Shown here: positions 10,688-23,220 of the stretch, in pieces
How positions within the stretch are numbered: position 1 is the stretch's first letter
Layout of the letters: each line of letters begins with the position of its first letter
Assembly (NCBI GenBank): GCA_950097015.1
Contig: CATNEN010000010.1
Span: 186,001 to 250,000, forward strand
Direction of reading: 5' to 3'
Length of the DNA: 64,000 bases
Source of the DNA: Macrostomum hystrix
Taxonomy: Eukaryota > Animalia > Platyhelminthes
Notes under the pieces: model-generated
What the model was told of the DNA's origin: nothing
What the model saw: the letters and a program-made list of their open reading frames with translations, nothing else
Databases searched by the model: none
Program-made: the position numbers and the translations under genes

Positions 10688-11659
10688 TGCGATGCAGCAA
10701 TCTGGACTCCGCCGCTTCTGGAAGAATTATTGGCTGGAAAACGGCATCGAGTGTGGCGGCTGAGCTCTCTGGTTTTGAGGGCTCAGCTCTGCCCTGCGCG
10801 GGTTGGAGGGTGAGAGCTGAGGCAGCCAAGACAAAGCTGTGAGTGGCCCAGCAGCTGCTTCAGCGCGCTTGTTTCCCCGCCTCTCCTCCCCCTCTCTGTC
10901 TTGTCTGGCAGCCGAAACACAATAGCAGCCGAGGAGCAGCCGGGATGCAGGAAGGGCGGCCGTGTCTCCTCCTCCTCCACCGGATCGATTGACGGGCGGG
11001 GGGCATCCGGGATGCGCTCGGCAGTCGCTTCTGCCGATGGCGGCCCCGGAACTGAGGAAGCGAAGAGGACCGGCAAGACCAGCGGGAATGATAGAGGCGG
11101 GCAGGGCTGCCGGGGTGGGTAGCGCCAGGTTACTAACGGCCCGCTCTGTAGACAATCGGTTCGCTTTGACAACGGCTCAGTAGCAAGCATTGTTTTGCTT
11201 CTTAGCCAGAAAGAAATTGCTTGCGCTCAACTCTGCTTTGCTGCTGTTGGTAACAATGCGAGTAATGGGCGCTTTCCCTTCACATGTCGGTCGCGATTCT
11301 CCGAGCTCAGGGACTATTGTGCCCAACGCCAGCCCGAGAACTCAAACTGACTCAGACAGTTCTCACTTCATTTTGCTTCAGCTCTTTAAACATTTTCGAG
11401 GCCTTCAAGCAACCTTCTGCAAGCGAAGGACAACTGCCCGGTCTTATCCAGCTTACCGGTTTAGTCCGCAAAGTCACGAAAGAAAAATTTCAGCTGAGAA
11501 CAAGGCATTGTTCTAGGCCTCTTCCTTTGTTATCCCAGTTCAACTTTTACCGATTCATCTGGCGTGGCCTTGACTCTTACCCCGCTGTACGAATCACCGG
11601 GTTTGTCACGCGCTCACCGCTGGGCTGACCTTCATTGTTCATTCTAGGGAATCTAGTGC

Positions 11660-13362
11660 AGAAACACAGTGAGAAACACAGTGAGAAACACAGTGAGAAA
11701 CGCAGCGAGAAACACAGTGAGAAACACAGTGAGAAACACAGTGAGAAACACAGTGAGAAACACAGTGAGAAACACAGCGAGAATCGCAGCGAGGAAATAC
11801 AGTGAGAAACACAGCGAGAATCGCAGCGAGAAACACAGTGAGAAATACAGCGAGAATTTCAGCGAGAAACAGACAGAGTCAGACAGATACAGATTCAGAG
11901 ACAGATACAGACAGATAAAGACAGATACAGACAGATAAAGACAGATACAGACAGATACAGGCAGATTCAGAGACAGATACAGAGACAGATACAGACAGAT
12001 AAAGACAGATACAGACAGATACAGGCAGATTCAGAGACAGATACAGACAGATACAGACAGATACAGACAGATACAGACAGATACAGACAGAGACAGATAC
12101 AGAGAGAGATACAGACAGAGACAGATACAGACAGATGCAGACAGATACAGACAGATACAGACAGATAAAGACAGATACAGACAGATGCAGACAGATACAG
12201 ACAGAGACAGATACAGACAGAGACAGATACAGACAGAGACAGATACAGACAGAGACAGATACAGAGAGAGATACAGACAGATACGGACAGATACAGACAG
12301 ATACGGACAGATACAGCAGATACGGACAGAGACAGATACAGACAGAGACAGATACAGAGAGAGATACAGACAGATTCAGAGACAGATACAGACAGATACG
12401 GACAGATACAGCAGATACGGACAGATTCAGAGACAGATACAGACAGATACGGACAGATACAGCAGATACAGACAGAGACAGATACAGACAGAGACAGATA
12501 CAGACAGAGACAGATACAGACAGAGACAGATACAGACAGAGACAGATACAGACAGAGACAGATACAGACAGAGACAGATACAGACAGAGACAGATACAGA
12601 CAGAGACAGATACAGACAGAGACAGATACAGACAGAGACAGATACAGACAGAGACAGATACAGACAGAGACAGATACAGACAGAGACAGATACAGACAGA
12701 GACAGATACAGACAGAGACAGATACAGACAGAGACAGATACAGAGAGAGATACAGACAGATACGGACAGATACAGACAGATACGGACAGATACAGCAGAT
12801 ACGGACAGAGACAGATACAGACAGAGACAGATAAAGACAGATACAGACAGATGCAGACAGATACAGACAGAGACAGATACAGACAGAGACAGATACAGAC
12901 AGAGACAGATACAGACAGAGACAGATACAGAGAGAGATACAGACAGATACAGACAGATACGGACAGATACAGCAGATACGGACAGAGACAGATACAGACA
13001 GAGACAGATACAGAGAGAGATACAGACAGATTCAGAGACAGATACAGACAGATACGGACAGATACAGCAGATACGGACAGATTCAGAGACAGATACAGAC
13101 AGATACGGACAGATACAGCAGATACGGACAGATTCAGAGACAGATACAGACAGATACGGACAGATACAGCAGATACAGACAGAGACAGATACAGACAGAG
13201 ACAGATACAGACAGAGACAGATACAGACAGAGACAGATACAGACAGAGACAGATACAGACAGAGACAGATACAGACAGAGACAGATACAGACAGAGACAG
13301 ATACAGACAGAGACAGATACAGACAGAGACAGATACAGACAGAGACAGATACAGACAGATAC
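11660..13362. repeat. 12-bp repeat (GAAACACAGTGA, ~11660-11870) followed by a GACA/GATA/GAGA compound microsatellite
   Basis: Direct inspection; source of artefactual ORFs 11879..13507, 12135..13409 and 12185..13390. Confidence 0.95.
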
Positions 13363-13841
13363 AGAGGCAGAAGATAAAATGCAGCGATAGACAGAAACAG
13401 AGTCGGTGAGAGGGGCAGAAAGAAATTGAAAACCTGCTAGTGCTGTAGTGGAGAGCGGAGCATAGGCGGAGCAGGGTGAGTTGTGAGTTGAGCACAGCGA
13501 ATGACAAAAGCCTAGTAGATGCGAGCGGGTAGAGCTGGTTAGGACGGCAGCACAGGGCTGGGGAGAATCAGATACTCACGCAGGGGCCACTGAGCAACAA
13601 TTGCTGCCCGCACAGAGAAAAGAAAGGCTTTGCTCGCACGCAGGTGAGAACTGTGAGGGAAAATGTAAGAATGAAATGCGCACAGAGTGGAGGCTTTCTG
13701 TGGCACACAATGAGCCTCTGCTAGTCCTCGGGTTGTCCTTGGTGACCCTCGCAGCGAACTGCACAGTAAATAAGAGTCTGAGTAGGGACTCAGCAAACGC
13801 TTCTCTGGCTGTGCTGGGACTTTGCTAGGCCACGTAGAACA

Positions 13842-15288
13842 ATGTCTCAAGGTCAACGAGGCGGAGCCGCTGACATCCTGACGCTGCCCCGCCTGATGCG
13901 TGGCCTGCAGAACCGGGCGGAGACACCCAATGCTGACCGGGACCCGATCCGCTACCAGTGGCACACCCGGCCTTTTCAACAGGAGCCGACGGTCGCGCCA
14001 ATGTCAAATGAGCAGCCGCGGGCCACAGTCGGGCGCTTCGACTCGGACGACATTCTGGCCGCGGTGCGCCGCCGCATCCGAAGTCCGGCCGATCACCGGA
14101 TTCGCGACGCCATGCACCGACGGGCGGTGGCCGCTGCTAATCCTGCAGAAGGTTCGTGGTTCGATCTCGTATTTTGTGCGCTTTCTTGACAATCATCCTG
14201 GGTTTGAATCCGCTAGAATTTATGGGATCATTCCAGTCAACTAATAAGATCATTCCAGTGAACTGATAAGATCATTCCAGTGAACTAATAAGATCATTCC
14301 AGTGAACTGATGGGATCATTCCAGTGAACTGATGGGATCATTCCAGTGAACTGATGGGATCATTCCAGTGAACTGATGGGATCATTCCAGTGAACTGATG
14401 GGATCATTCCAGTGAACTGATAAGATCATTCCAGTGAACTGATGTGATCATTCCAGTGAACTGATGTAATCATTCCAGTGAACTGATGGGATCATTCTAG
14501 AGAAACGGATGGGATACGGGTAGTACCAGAAGAGCTTATATCAGAGTTGATTGGACCAGTCTAGCTGAATTGAATCTGAGAACTCTCAAACACACAACTG
14601 GCTGGCTCACCTGTGACCAACTGTCTGTTAACTGATCCAATCAGGTGTCAGCGGTGGCCAGCTGAGCTCGGTGATGGCACACTACCTCGCTGCCAGCAGC
14701 CTGGCAGACTCGGTGCTGAACCGCCGCCTGCTGCAGCCCGCCCAGCAGCCCGGCTGCCGCTGTTGCGCCGGCGTGAACTTCGCTAACAAGCTGCGCAGGC
14801 ATCGGGCTGCCCGCGGGGTTGTCCCGCTGCCCGAGCAGGACCGCCTCGCCGGCCCGCCATCCAGTTTCTATTACGGCGCCTCGCCAGACGAAGCCGACGG
14901 CGACCATCGGCGACTCCGCTGGAAACCGGTGACGCCGCCGGAGCTGCGCAGGAGCGAGGCCGAGCACCGGCTGGAGGCCAACCTGCGTCGCCTGGAAGGC
15001 TCCATCCAGGCGCTGGGGGAGCCGCCCGAGCGGCCCAGCCTCCCACCAGACTGCTCAGTCAGCGCTGAGCTGGAGCCTCACGCCGATGAGTACTTTAGGC
15101 CGGGCGTTGTGCCCACCAAGTACTTACCGTTTGCCCCGAAGAACCCGCTGCGCCGGCCGCCGCCTCGGTTGATGAACGCCGGCGAGGGGGCCGGCGAGAG
15201 GCGGGGCCGCGCGGCAGCCAAATACGTCACTTTCAGCCCCAGGAACCCCGAGCTGGTGCTGTACTCTCCTGAGGCCAGCCTGCTCTGA
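13842..15288 (+). CDS. Hypothetical protein, 317 aa; exons 13842-14151 and 14645-15288
   Basis: ATG 13842; phase-1 donor GAAG|GTTCGT joins acceptor ATCAG|GT in the frame of ORF 14671..15288; GC-rich codon usage like neighbouring genes; family not recognised. Confidence 0.65.
14227..14500. repeat. 22-bp intronic minisatellite (GATCATTCCAGTGAACTGATGG)
   Basis: 22-bp period (14292, 14314, 14336), about 12 copies. Confidence 0.95.
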
Positions 15289-15420
15289 TTGGCTGCGATG
15301 AACTATGGTGTGTTTATGGCAAAGCTCTGATTGGCTGCGATGAACTATGGCGTGTTTATGGCAAAGCTCTGATTGGCTGCGATGAACTATGGGGTGTTTA
15401 TGACAAAGCTCTGATTGGCT
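15283..15420. repeat. 42-bp tandem repeat, ~3.3 copies, overlapping the stop codon of the upstream gene
   Basis: CTCTGATTGGCTGCGATGAACTATGG(T/C/G)GTGTTTATG(G/A)CAAAG repeated. Confidence 0.9.
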
Positions 15421-16084
15421 GGGACAAAGTTTTATTTCCAGACAAGCTAGGATCTGTTTGTAAAGTTGCGAATTTTGTTGCTTGCAAATTTATGTTGTTT
15501 CTTTTTTAGCGCACACAAATTCAAGAATAAAAGGTCGCAACGCTCTACTTCAAGCATCACTAGTTTTTCAGATTACGTAATCGTTGCAGTACTTCGCTTG
15601 TATAATGTTGCGCGCTACGCTACTTGCTTGTTGTACTATAATCCCAGTACTGTACTGCGTTTCAAATAGAGAAAACGTGATTTGTTATACGTTTTTGATA
15701 TATGAGTACCTCACAACTTTAAAAAATCTAAATTGAGAAACACCACAGACAATATCGCTTTTCGGTTTTGAATGGAAAAAATCGTTACTTGAAAAACAGC
15801 AAAGATTCGGGTAAAAAAATGTTGGCTCTAAAAATATCTTGACGCATTTAATTACTCGTAAATACCACACTGAGCTGCATCGAACAAGACAGTGTTCTCC
15901 GTCATGTACAAACTGTTTTAGCATCTCAGGAAGACAATCAGTAATTTCTGAATCAAATATTCAAAATAGAATATGCGTAAACATCGGAACACGACATAAC
16001 CACTAATTAACAGAGCAGTGCTTGAAAAAGACAATTCAAACAGCGACAGATTATTAAGCAGATCAATATCGCGCTATCAAAGAC

Positions 16085-16818
16085 ATCCCATGACAGTGAA
16101 TTCCAAGAAATCTCATGACTGTGAATTCCAAGAAATCCCATGAATGAATTTCAAGAAATCCCATGACAGTGAATTCCAAGAAATCTCATGACTGTGAATT
16201 CCAAGAAATCTCATGACTGTGAATTCCAAGAAATCTCATGACTGTGAATTCCAAGAAATCTTATGACTGTGAATTCCAAGAAATCCCATGACAGTGAATT
16301 CCAAGAAATCTCATGACTGTGAATTCCAAGAATCCCATGACAGTGAATTCTAAGAAATCACATGTCTTGACTTCCAGGAAATCCCATGACAGTGAATTAT
16401 AATAAATCCCATGACAGTGAATTCCAAGAAATCCTGTGACTGTGAATTCCAAGAAATCCCATGACTGTGAATTCTAAGAAATCACATGTCTTGACTTCCA
16501 GGAAATCCCATGACGGTGAATTCCTCACGGTGAATAATTATTTCCCATGACAGCAATCGGAGAATCCCATGACAGCAATCGGAGAATCCCATGACAGCAA
16601 TCGGAGAATCCCATGACAGCAATCGGAGAATCCCATGACAGCAATCGGAGAATCCCATGACAGCAATCGGAGAATCCCATGACAGTGATAGGAGAATCCC
16701 ATGACAGCAATCGGAGAATCCCATGACAGTGATAGGAGAATCCCATGACAGCAATCGGAGAATCCCATGACAGTGATAGGAGAATCCCATGACAGTGATA
16801 GGAGAATCCCATGACAGT
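16085..16818. repeat. Two adjacent minisatellites: 25-bp (CCCATGACAGTGAATTCCAAGAAAT, ~16085-16530) and 22-bp (CCCATGACAGCAATCGGAGAAT, ~16545-16818)
   Basis: Direct periods; shared CCCATGACAG core; the 22-bp array begins a few bases past the PTPDC1 stop. Confidence 0.95.
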
Positions 16819-16824
16819 CGAGCT

Positions 16825-17739
16825 TCAATCCCCTTGATCCCCATCCAGCGCTATCGCCTCACCGTGGGGCAGCTCAGCCGCTGCCGCCGCCTCCACCAGT
16901 GCCGCTTCCTCGTCTTCCTCTTCGACCTCGCGCGGCTCGCCGCACAGCCGGCCGAGCGGAGCTGCCCAGGCGCGGTAGGCGCCGACCCCTGGCCGCTCCA
17001 TCAGGCATTCGACAAAATCCAGGAAGCTGGCAAAGTACTTCACAAACGGCGGCGGATAGCGGTCCTCAGTCAGGCAGGTGTGAGTCAGGGCTGACAGCAG
17101 GCGCTGCATGACGGCCTCCTCCAGATTGTCGATCGGGCCGTGGGAGGCCTGGCAGAAGCGCAGGATGAACACAGCGCAGAACCTGAGCAGTGTGGCGGTG
17201 AGCACACTGAGGCGACCGAGGCCGCCAGTTATGGTTGGCGAGGACAGCAGATACGACACGTGCTGCGGGTGGGTCAGAAGGATGGAGCTGGTGATGGGTC
17301 AAGCTGGTGATGGGTCAAGCTGGTGATGGGTCAAGCTGGTGATGGGTCAAGCTGGTGATGGGTCAAGCTGGTGATGGGTCAAGCTGGTGATGGGTCAAGC
17401 TGGTGATGGGTCAAGCTGGTGATGGGTCAAGCTGGTGATGGGTCAAGCTGGTGATGGGTCAAGCTGGTGATGGGTCAATCTGGTGATGGGTCAAGCTAAC
17501 CTGTCCAGTCACAGCGGGAGCCTTGAGCTGCCAGAGCCAGCAGAGCAGAAAGGCGAACAATTTTCCCGGGTCCTGGCAGTCCAGCAGGGGCCGGTAGCTG
17601 CCCTCCGAGTTCAGCAGGTTGCGCCAGCCAAGCAGCTCGGCGTCGAGTCGCGGCGGAGCGGTTGACGAGGCGCCCTCAGAGGTTGACGCCAGAGCCGCCT
17701 CCAGGATGCGATTCCTTCGGGTCGGAAAGCGGCGTCATT

Positions 17740-17818
<79 letters not shown>

Positions 17819-19410
17819 CTGTCGGCCCCGGTCGCTAGCTGCAGCAGCCGGGCGCAGATTGTGTGCACCAGCTGTGACAGTCGCCGCAGTCGCCTCGCCG
17901 CCTCGCCGTGCAGCAGGGCTCGCTGTCGCCACAGGTGCTCCTCATAAGAGAAGCGGTGCCCGTGGGCGGCCAATTTCTTGTCCGGCCACAGAACCAGCAG
18001 TGGCTGGATGCGCTCGGTGAACTCGTTCACGCCAGCCACCTGAAGTTCGGACATAAACGGATAGTAAGCCTTGGTAGTGACATTGGCTATCAGTGGGTTG
18101 GTAATCCCCGTATCACAGGCGCACCTGGGCATGGGACTGCACGGAGCCGGGGCGCCTTAGCCTCAGGTAGGCGATGGCCAGGGCCGGGCTGAGCCGGCGC
18201 ACGAAGATCAGCAGGCAGGCGATGGCCAGGCCGGTGCGGCCGAGGCCGGCGTGGCAATGCACGGCGATGCGGCCTTCTGTCAGTGCGTATTGCATCACCC
18301 GAACCAGGTCCAGCATGCGGTAGAACTCCGGGCAGGTGTAATCAGCCCAATGCAGGTTGTACACGCTGATGCCTTGGCTCATGAGCTCCGTCTGGGTGTA
18401 GGAGTAGCAGCCCACCAGACCAGGCCCGCAGTCCGCGTGTTCGCCAGGCTCTTGGACGCAGAACACGGACTTGATGTTGTGGCTGGAATGCGAGAGTTCG
18501 ATGTCACTCTGACTGCCCTGTTGGTCACTCTGACTGCCCTGTTGGTCACTCTGACTGCCCTGTTGGTCACTCTGACTGCCCTGTTGGTCACTCTGACTGC
18601 CCTGTTGGTCACTCTGACTGCCCTGTTGGTCACTCTGACTGCCCTGTTGGCAACTCTCACTCTCTTGTTGGTCACTGTCATATTAGTCGTCTGATTGCAG
18701 TTTTCTGCTTCTGTGTATCCTTGTTAGTCACTCCAATATTTCTAGCTTTCACACAGTTTCTGACTGGACAGTGGAGCTCGTGAATGCACTGCAGACCGGC
18801 TTACTCTTTCAGCTGTTGGATGATGCTGTACTTCTTCATCGCCTCGTCGCTTGGCCGACTCATCGCCAGAATTTCTGGGGTGACCCTGAAATTGCAGTTC
18901 ATGCCACAGAACAGCTATAAAGAAATGAGTTGGAGGATTCGGTGACAGTGGGATTCGCCAGCTCACCAGTGTGAGTACAGACCCTCGATTGCGAAGCAGT
19001 CAGGAGGGAAGCGGCCAACCGGGCAGCAGTATTTGCAGTTGCGACCGCCGCAGAAACTGCGGCACAGGGACTCACCGGACAGCCCCGACCTGAGCGCGTT
19101 ACCGATGGCCGGGTACAGCGCCTCAGGCGGGTTGTCTGAGGAGGAGGGAAAGCAGATTGCAAAGTTAAAACTTTAGCTACAACGAAGGGAATCAGTTTTT
19201 TATCCGAAGCAACTCATAGGGAGGGAGTGGAGCTAAGGCTCTACCTTCGAATTTGCTGATGTCAGCATCGCCCCATTCGAGTGAAACTTGCGAGTACTCC
19301 TGAATGAGCAACGGTGTTTCCATTACGGAGCTGGAACTTCTGGATTTCATAATTGGTCTACTTGGTTTTCTGGTCTCTGCGCTTGAACTTGCAACCTGTT
19401 TTTGTTCCAT
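16825..19410 (-). CDS. PTPDC1: Protein tyrosine phosphatase domain-containing 1 homolog, 548 aa; exons 19410-19245, 19135-18967, 18885-18805, 18482-18125, 18039-17819, 17714-17501, 17262-16825
   Basis: All six GT-AG junctions keep phase (total 1647 nt). CGGRNCKY, AIEGLYSHWVTPEILAMSRPS, QEPGEHADCG and catalytic VHCHAGLGRTG match PTPDC1. The start Met is less certain. Confidence 0.92.
17287..17498. repeat. 16-bp intronic minisatellite (GCTGGTGATGGGTCAA)
   Basis: 16-bp period, about 13 copies, filling PTPDC1 intron 17263-17500. Confidence 0.95.
17740..17818. repeat. (GACA)n microsatellite beginning at the splice donor
   Basis: The minus-strand intron begins AG|GTCTGTCTGTCT. Confidence 0.95.
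18505..18660. repeat. 21-bp intronic minisatellite (TCACTCTGACTGCCCTGTTGG)
   Basis: About 7 copies in PTPDC1 intron 18483-18804. Confidence 0.95.
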
Positions 19411-21194
19411 CACCTTAAGAGTCCTGAAAGTGGCATTACTACTGGGTGGTGAAAGCCAATCAAGATGTGAGAATATCTTGTACCCTGAGAAATGATAGGC
19501 TTGATTTAAGCAATTAAAGTAATAATTTAACCAGCCAACATCTAAAAATCGAAGTACAATATCTTGAAGAAGATCTCATTATCAATCATTATAAATCAGT
19601 CATGAAAGTTCAAATGAAATAGCTTGACACCATGTCCATAGATATATAAGTGCTCCAGAAGTACATTTTCTAATTTACAAAAAATGAAATGCCAGGTTTT
19701 TAGTAAAATTTCACTAATAAACAAAAATGACTTTGTTAAATAAGTTGTCTTATTTTCACAAATTTATAAATTTTGAAATTACACAAAAACTAATATTATA
19801 ATTTCTCAATTGTGTATTGACAGATTTCGATTTACATTATTATTAATTGAAATTTATATAATTATTGATTAAAAATAATTACTTTCACATATATTTTAAC
19901 GTTTTGCTTTTCGTAGTGAATATTTCAATGAGAAAATATTCTCTAAGCTAAAAAAAGAGAATTTTAAGCATAATTACAATTTACAATAATATTATTTGAC
20001 AAGATTAATACAAAACATATTAAAGACATGATATACACACAGATATATATGTTTTTTATTTAATGTTTTTGCTGATTTAACTATTTGATTCCTCAAAAAC
20101 AAATATTAAGTCTATGCTTTGTCTGCATTGCTCTCCAAGAAGAAAAGATCGACTTTAAACCAGGCTGAGCCATGCTAAAACTCACCGAAAGTAAGTTATT
20201 TGAAGTGGTCGATAAGAACGCTTAGTTATTTATCATTAAAAGTGCATTTTACTTTGTCCCAGTTATTTTTCATTCGATTCTAAAGAGGAAAAATAACAGC
20301 TACACGATGTTTTTGTCTCGATTAATCTAAGACTTTAAAATATTAGTTTTACCTTCACAGAAACCCGTGAACTTCGCTAATCGTTATCATACTGCTTTGG
20401 TTTGCATGGGTGCTTGCGCCAGTGCAAACCGGCTTTAGTGATCAGCCCGCCCCTTGCTGTCTCTGTGCATCTGTGTGGGGTGGGGCCGTCCCCCACCCCC
20501 GCCGCCTGCTAGCCTTTTTAGGTGAGCCTCTCACCACGTTTTCTGATTTAATTTGCGCGCAGCTCTCCGCTTGAGTTTTTGAAAATCTGGTGCAGTGTAA
20601 TCCGGATGAATAAACCGTGAAGTTCAGGCCTAGATGGAGCCCACAAAATGAGGCTGTTCCAAATGAGGCCGCGTGAATAGCTGGGTCGGCAAATGGCGAA
20701 CTTATCCGACACGATAATACGTTTTAAAACTCTTTTTTTCATCACAGAAACTTTAATGTCTGGCCGCTTTAAAAAACTTTCGAACTGTATATGATCGGAA
20801 AAAATATAATTAAGGAATTAAGGTCCAGTTGTGAATCGATCGACAATAAAGTGTCATTACAATATGAAATAACCCATCAATTGGCTTGTTGTGGACTAAA
20901 GATACTAGTCGTTCATTGAACAAACAAATCATAACTTTTTTCAATTTTCAAATATAGACTGTCTTCATAACTTTAGCATCATTTTTGTGCAGAACTTCGC
21001 AATTTTCAGCCATTGCAAAAATGCTAATGTTAGAAGCATGCTTCCATTCGTCCATCAATTAATTCAATTGTATTAGATGCAAGCGCAACCTATATTTTCA
21101 AAGTAATAAAACAAAAAATAAATATATATTTGAATGTATTGAAAACTGGATCCTTGCTTTTATCGGGTAAAAAGAAAAAGAGAGTTGAATTAGG

Positions 21195-23220
21195 ATTGGG
21201 AAGGAAGTGGAAGGATTGGGAAGGAAGTGGAAGGATTGGGAAGGAAGTGGAAGGATTAGGAAGGAAGTCGAAGGATTGGGAAGGAAGTGGAAGGATTGGG
21301 AAGGAAGTGGAAGGATTGGGAAGGAAGTGGAAGGATTGGTAAGGAAGTGGAAGGATTGGTAGGGAAGTGGAAGGATTGGGAAGGAAGTGGAAGGATTGGT
21401 AAGGAAGTGGAAGGATTGGGAAGGAAGTGGAAGGATTGAGAAGGAAGTGGAAGGATTGCGAAGGAAGTGGAAGGATTGGTAAGGAAGTGGAAGGATTGGT
21501 AGGGAAGTGGAAGGATTGGGAAGGAAGTGAAAGAATTGAGAAGGAAGTGGAAGGATTGGGAAGGAAGTGGAAGGATTGGGAAGGAAGTGGAAGGATTGAG
21601 AAGGAAGTGGAAGGATTGGGAAGGAAGTGGAAGGATTGGGAAGGAAGCGGAAGGATTGGTAGGGAAGTGGAAGGATTGGGAAGGAAGCGGAAGGATTGCG
21701 AAGGAAGCGGAAGGATTGGTAAGGAAGTGGAAGGATTGAGAAGGAAGTGGAAGGATTGGTAAGGAAGTGGAAGGATTGAGAAGGAAGCGGAAGGATTGGG
21801 AAGGAAGTGGAAGGATTGAGAAGGAAGTGGAAGGATTAGGAAGGAAGTGGAAGGATTGAGAAGGAAGTGGAAGGATTGGGAAGGAAGTGGAAGGATTGGT
21901 AAGGAAGTGGAAGGATTGGTAGGGAAGTGGAAGGATTGGTAAGGAAGTGGAAGGATTGGGAAGGAAGCGGAAGGATTGGTAAGGAAGTGGAAGGATTGGG
22001 AAGGAAGTGGAAGGATTGGTAAGGAAGTGGAAGGATTGGTAAGGAAGTGGAAGGATTGAGAAGGAAGTGGAAGGATTGGGAAGGAAGTGGAAGGATTGAG
22101 AAGGAAGCGGAAGGATTGGTAAGGAAGTGGAAGGATTGAGAAGGAAGTGGAAGGATTGGTAAGGAAGTGGAAGGATTGGGAAGGAAGCGGAAGGATTGGG
22201 AAGGAAGCGGAAGGATTGGGAAGGAAGCGGAAGGATTGGGAAGGAAGTGGAAGGATTGGTAAGGAAGTGGAAGGATTGGTAGGGAAGTGGAAGGATTGGG
22301 AAGGAAGTGGAAGGATTGGTAAGGAAGTGGAAAGATTGAGAAGGAAGTGGAAGGATTGGGAAGGAAGTGGAAGGATTGGTAAGGAAGTGGAAGGATTGAG
22401 AAGGAAGTGGAAGGATTGGTAAGGAAGTGGAAGGATTGAGAAGGAAGTGGAAGGATTGGTAAGGAAGTGGAAGGATTGGGAAGGAAGTGGAAGGATTGGT
22501 AAGGAAGTGGAAGGATTGGTAAGGAAGTGGAAGGATTGAGAAGGAAGTGGAAGGATTGGTAAGGAAGTGGAAGGATTGAGAAGGAAGTGGAAGGATTGGG
22601 AAGGAAGCGGAAGGATTGAGAAGGAAGTGGAAGGATTGAGAAGGAAGTGGAAGGATTGGTAAGGAAGTGGAAGGATTGGTAAGGAAGTGGAAGGATTGAG
22701 AAGGAAGTGGAAGGATTGGTAAGGAAGTGGAAGGATTGAGAAGGAAGTGGAAGGATTGGTAAGGAAGTGGAAGGATTGGGAAGGAAGTGGAAGGATTGGT
22801 AAGGAAGTGGAAGGATTGGTAAGGAAGTGGAAGGATTGGTAGGGAAGTGGAAGGATTGGGAAGGAAGTGGAAGGATTGGTAAGGAAGTGGAAGGATTGGT
22901 AAGGAAGTGGAAGGATTGAGAAGGAAGTGGAAGGATTGGTAAGGAAGTGGAAGGATTGAGAAGGAAGCGGAAGGATTGGGAAGGAAGTGGAAGGATTGGG
23001 AAGGAAGTGGAAGGATTGGTAAGGAAGTGGAAGGATTGGTAAGGAAGTGGAAGGATTGGGAAGGAAGTGGAAGGATTGGTAAGGAAGTGGAAGGATTGGT
23101 AGGGAAGTGGAAGGATTGGGAAGGAAGTGGAAGGATTGGTAAGGAAGTGGAAGGATTGGTAAGGAAGTGGAAGGATTGAGAAGGAAGTGGAAGGATTGGG
23201 AAGGAAGTGGAAGGACTGGC
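21195..23220. repeat. 20-bp purine-rich satellite (GGAAGGATTGG(T/G)AAGGAAGT), about 100 copies
   Basis: Strict 20-bp period over ~2 kb; source of artefactual ORFs 21090..23324 and 21256..23232. Confidence 0.97.

Noticed and set aside
11879-13507. 542-aa, 424-aa and 401-aa ORFs
   Set aside because: They are microsatellite translations on both strands.
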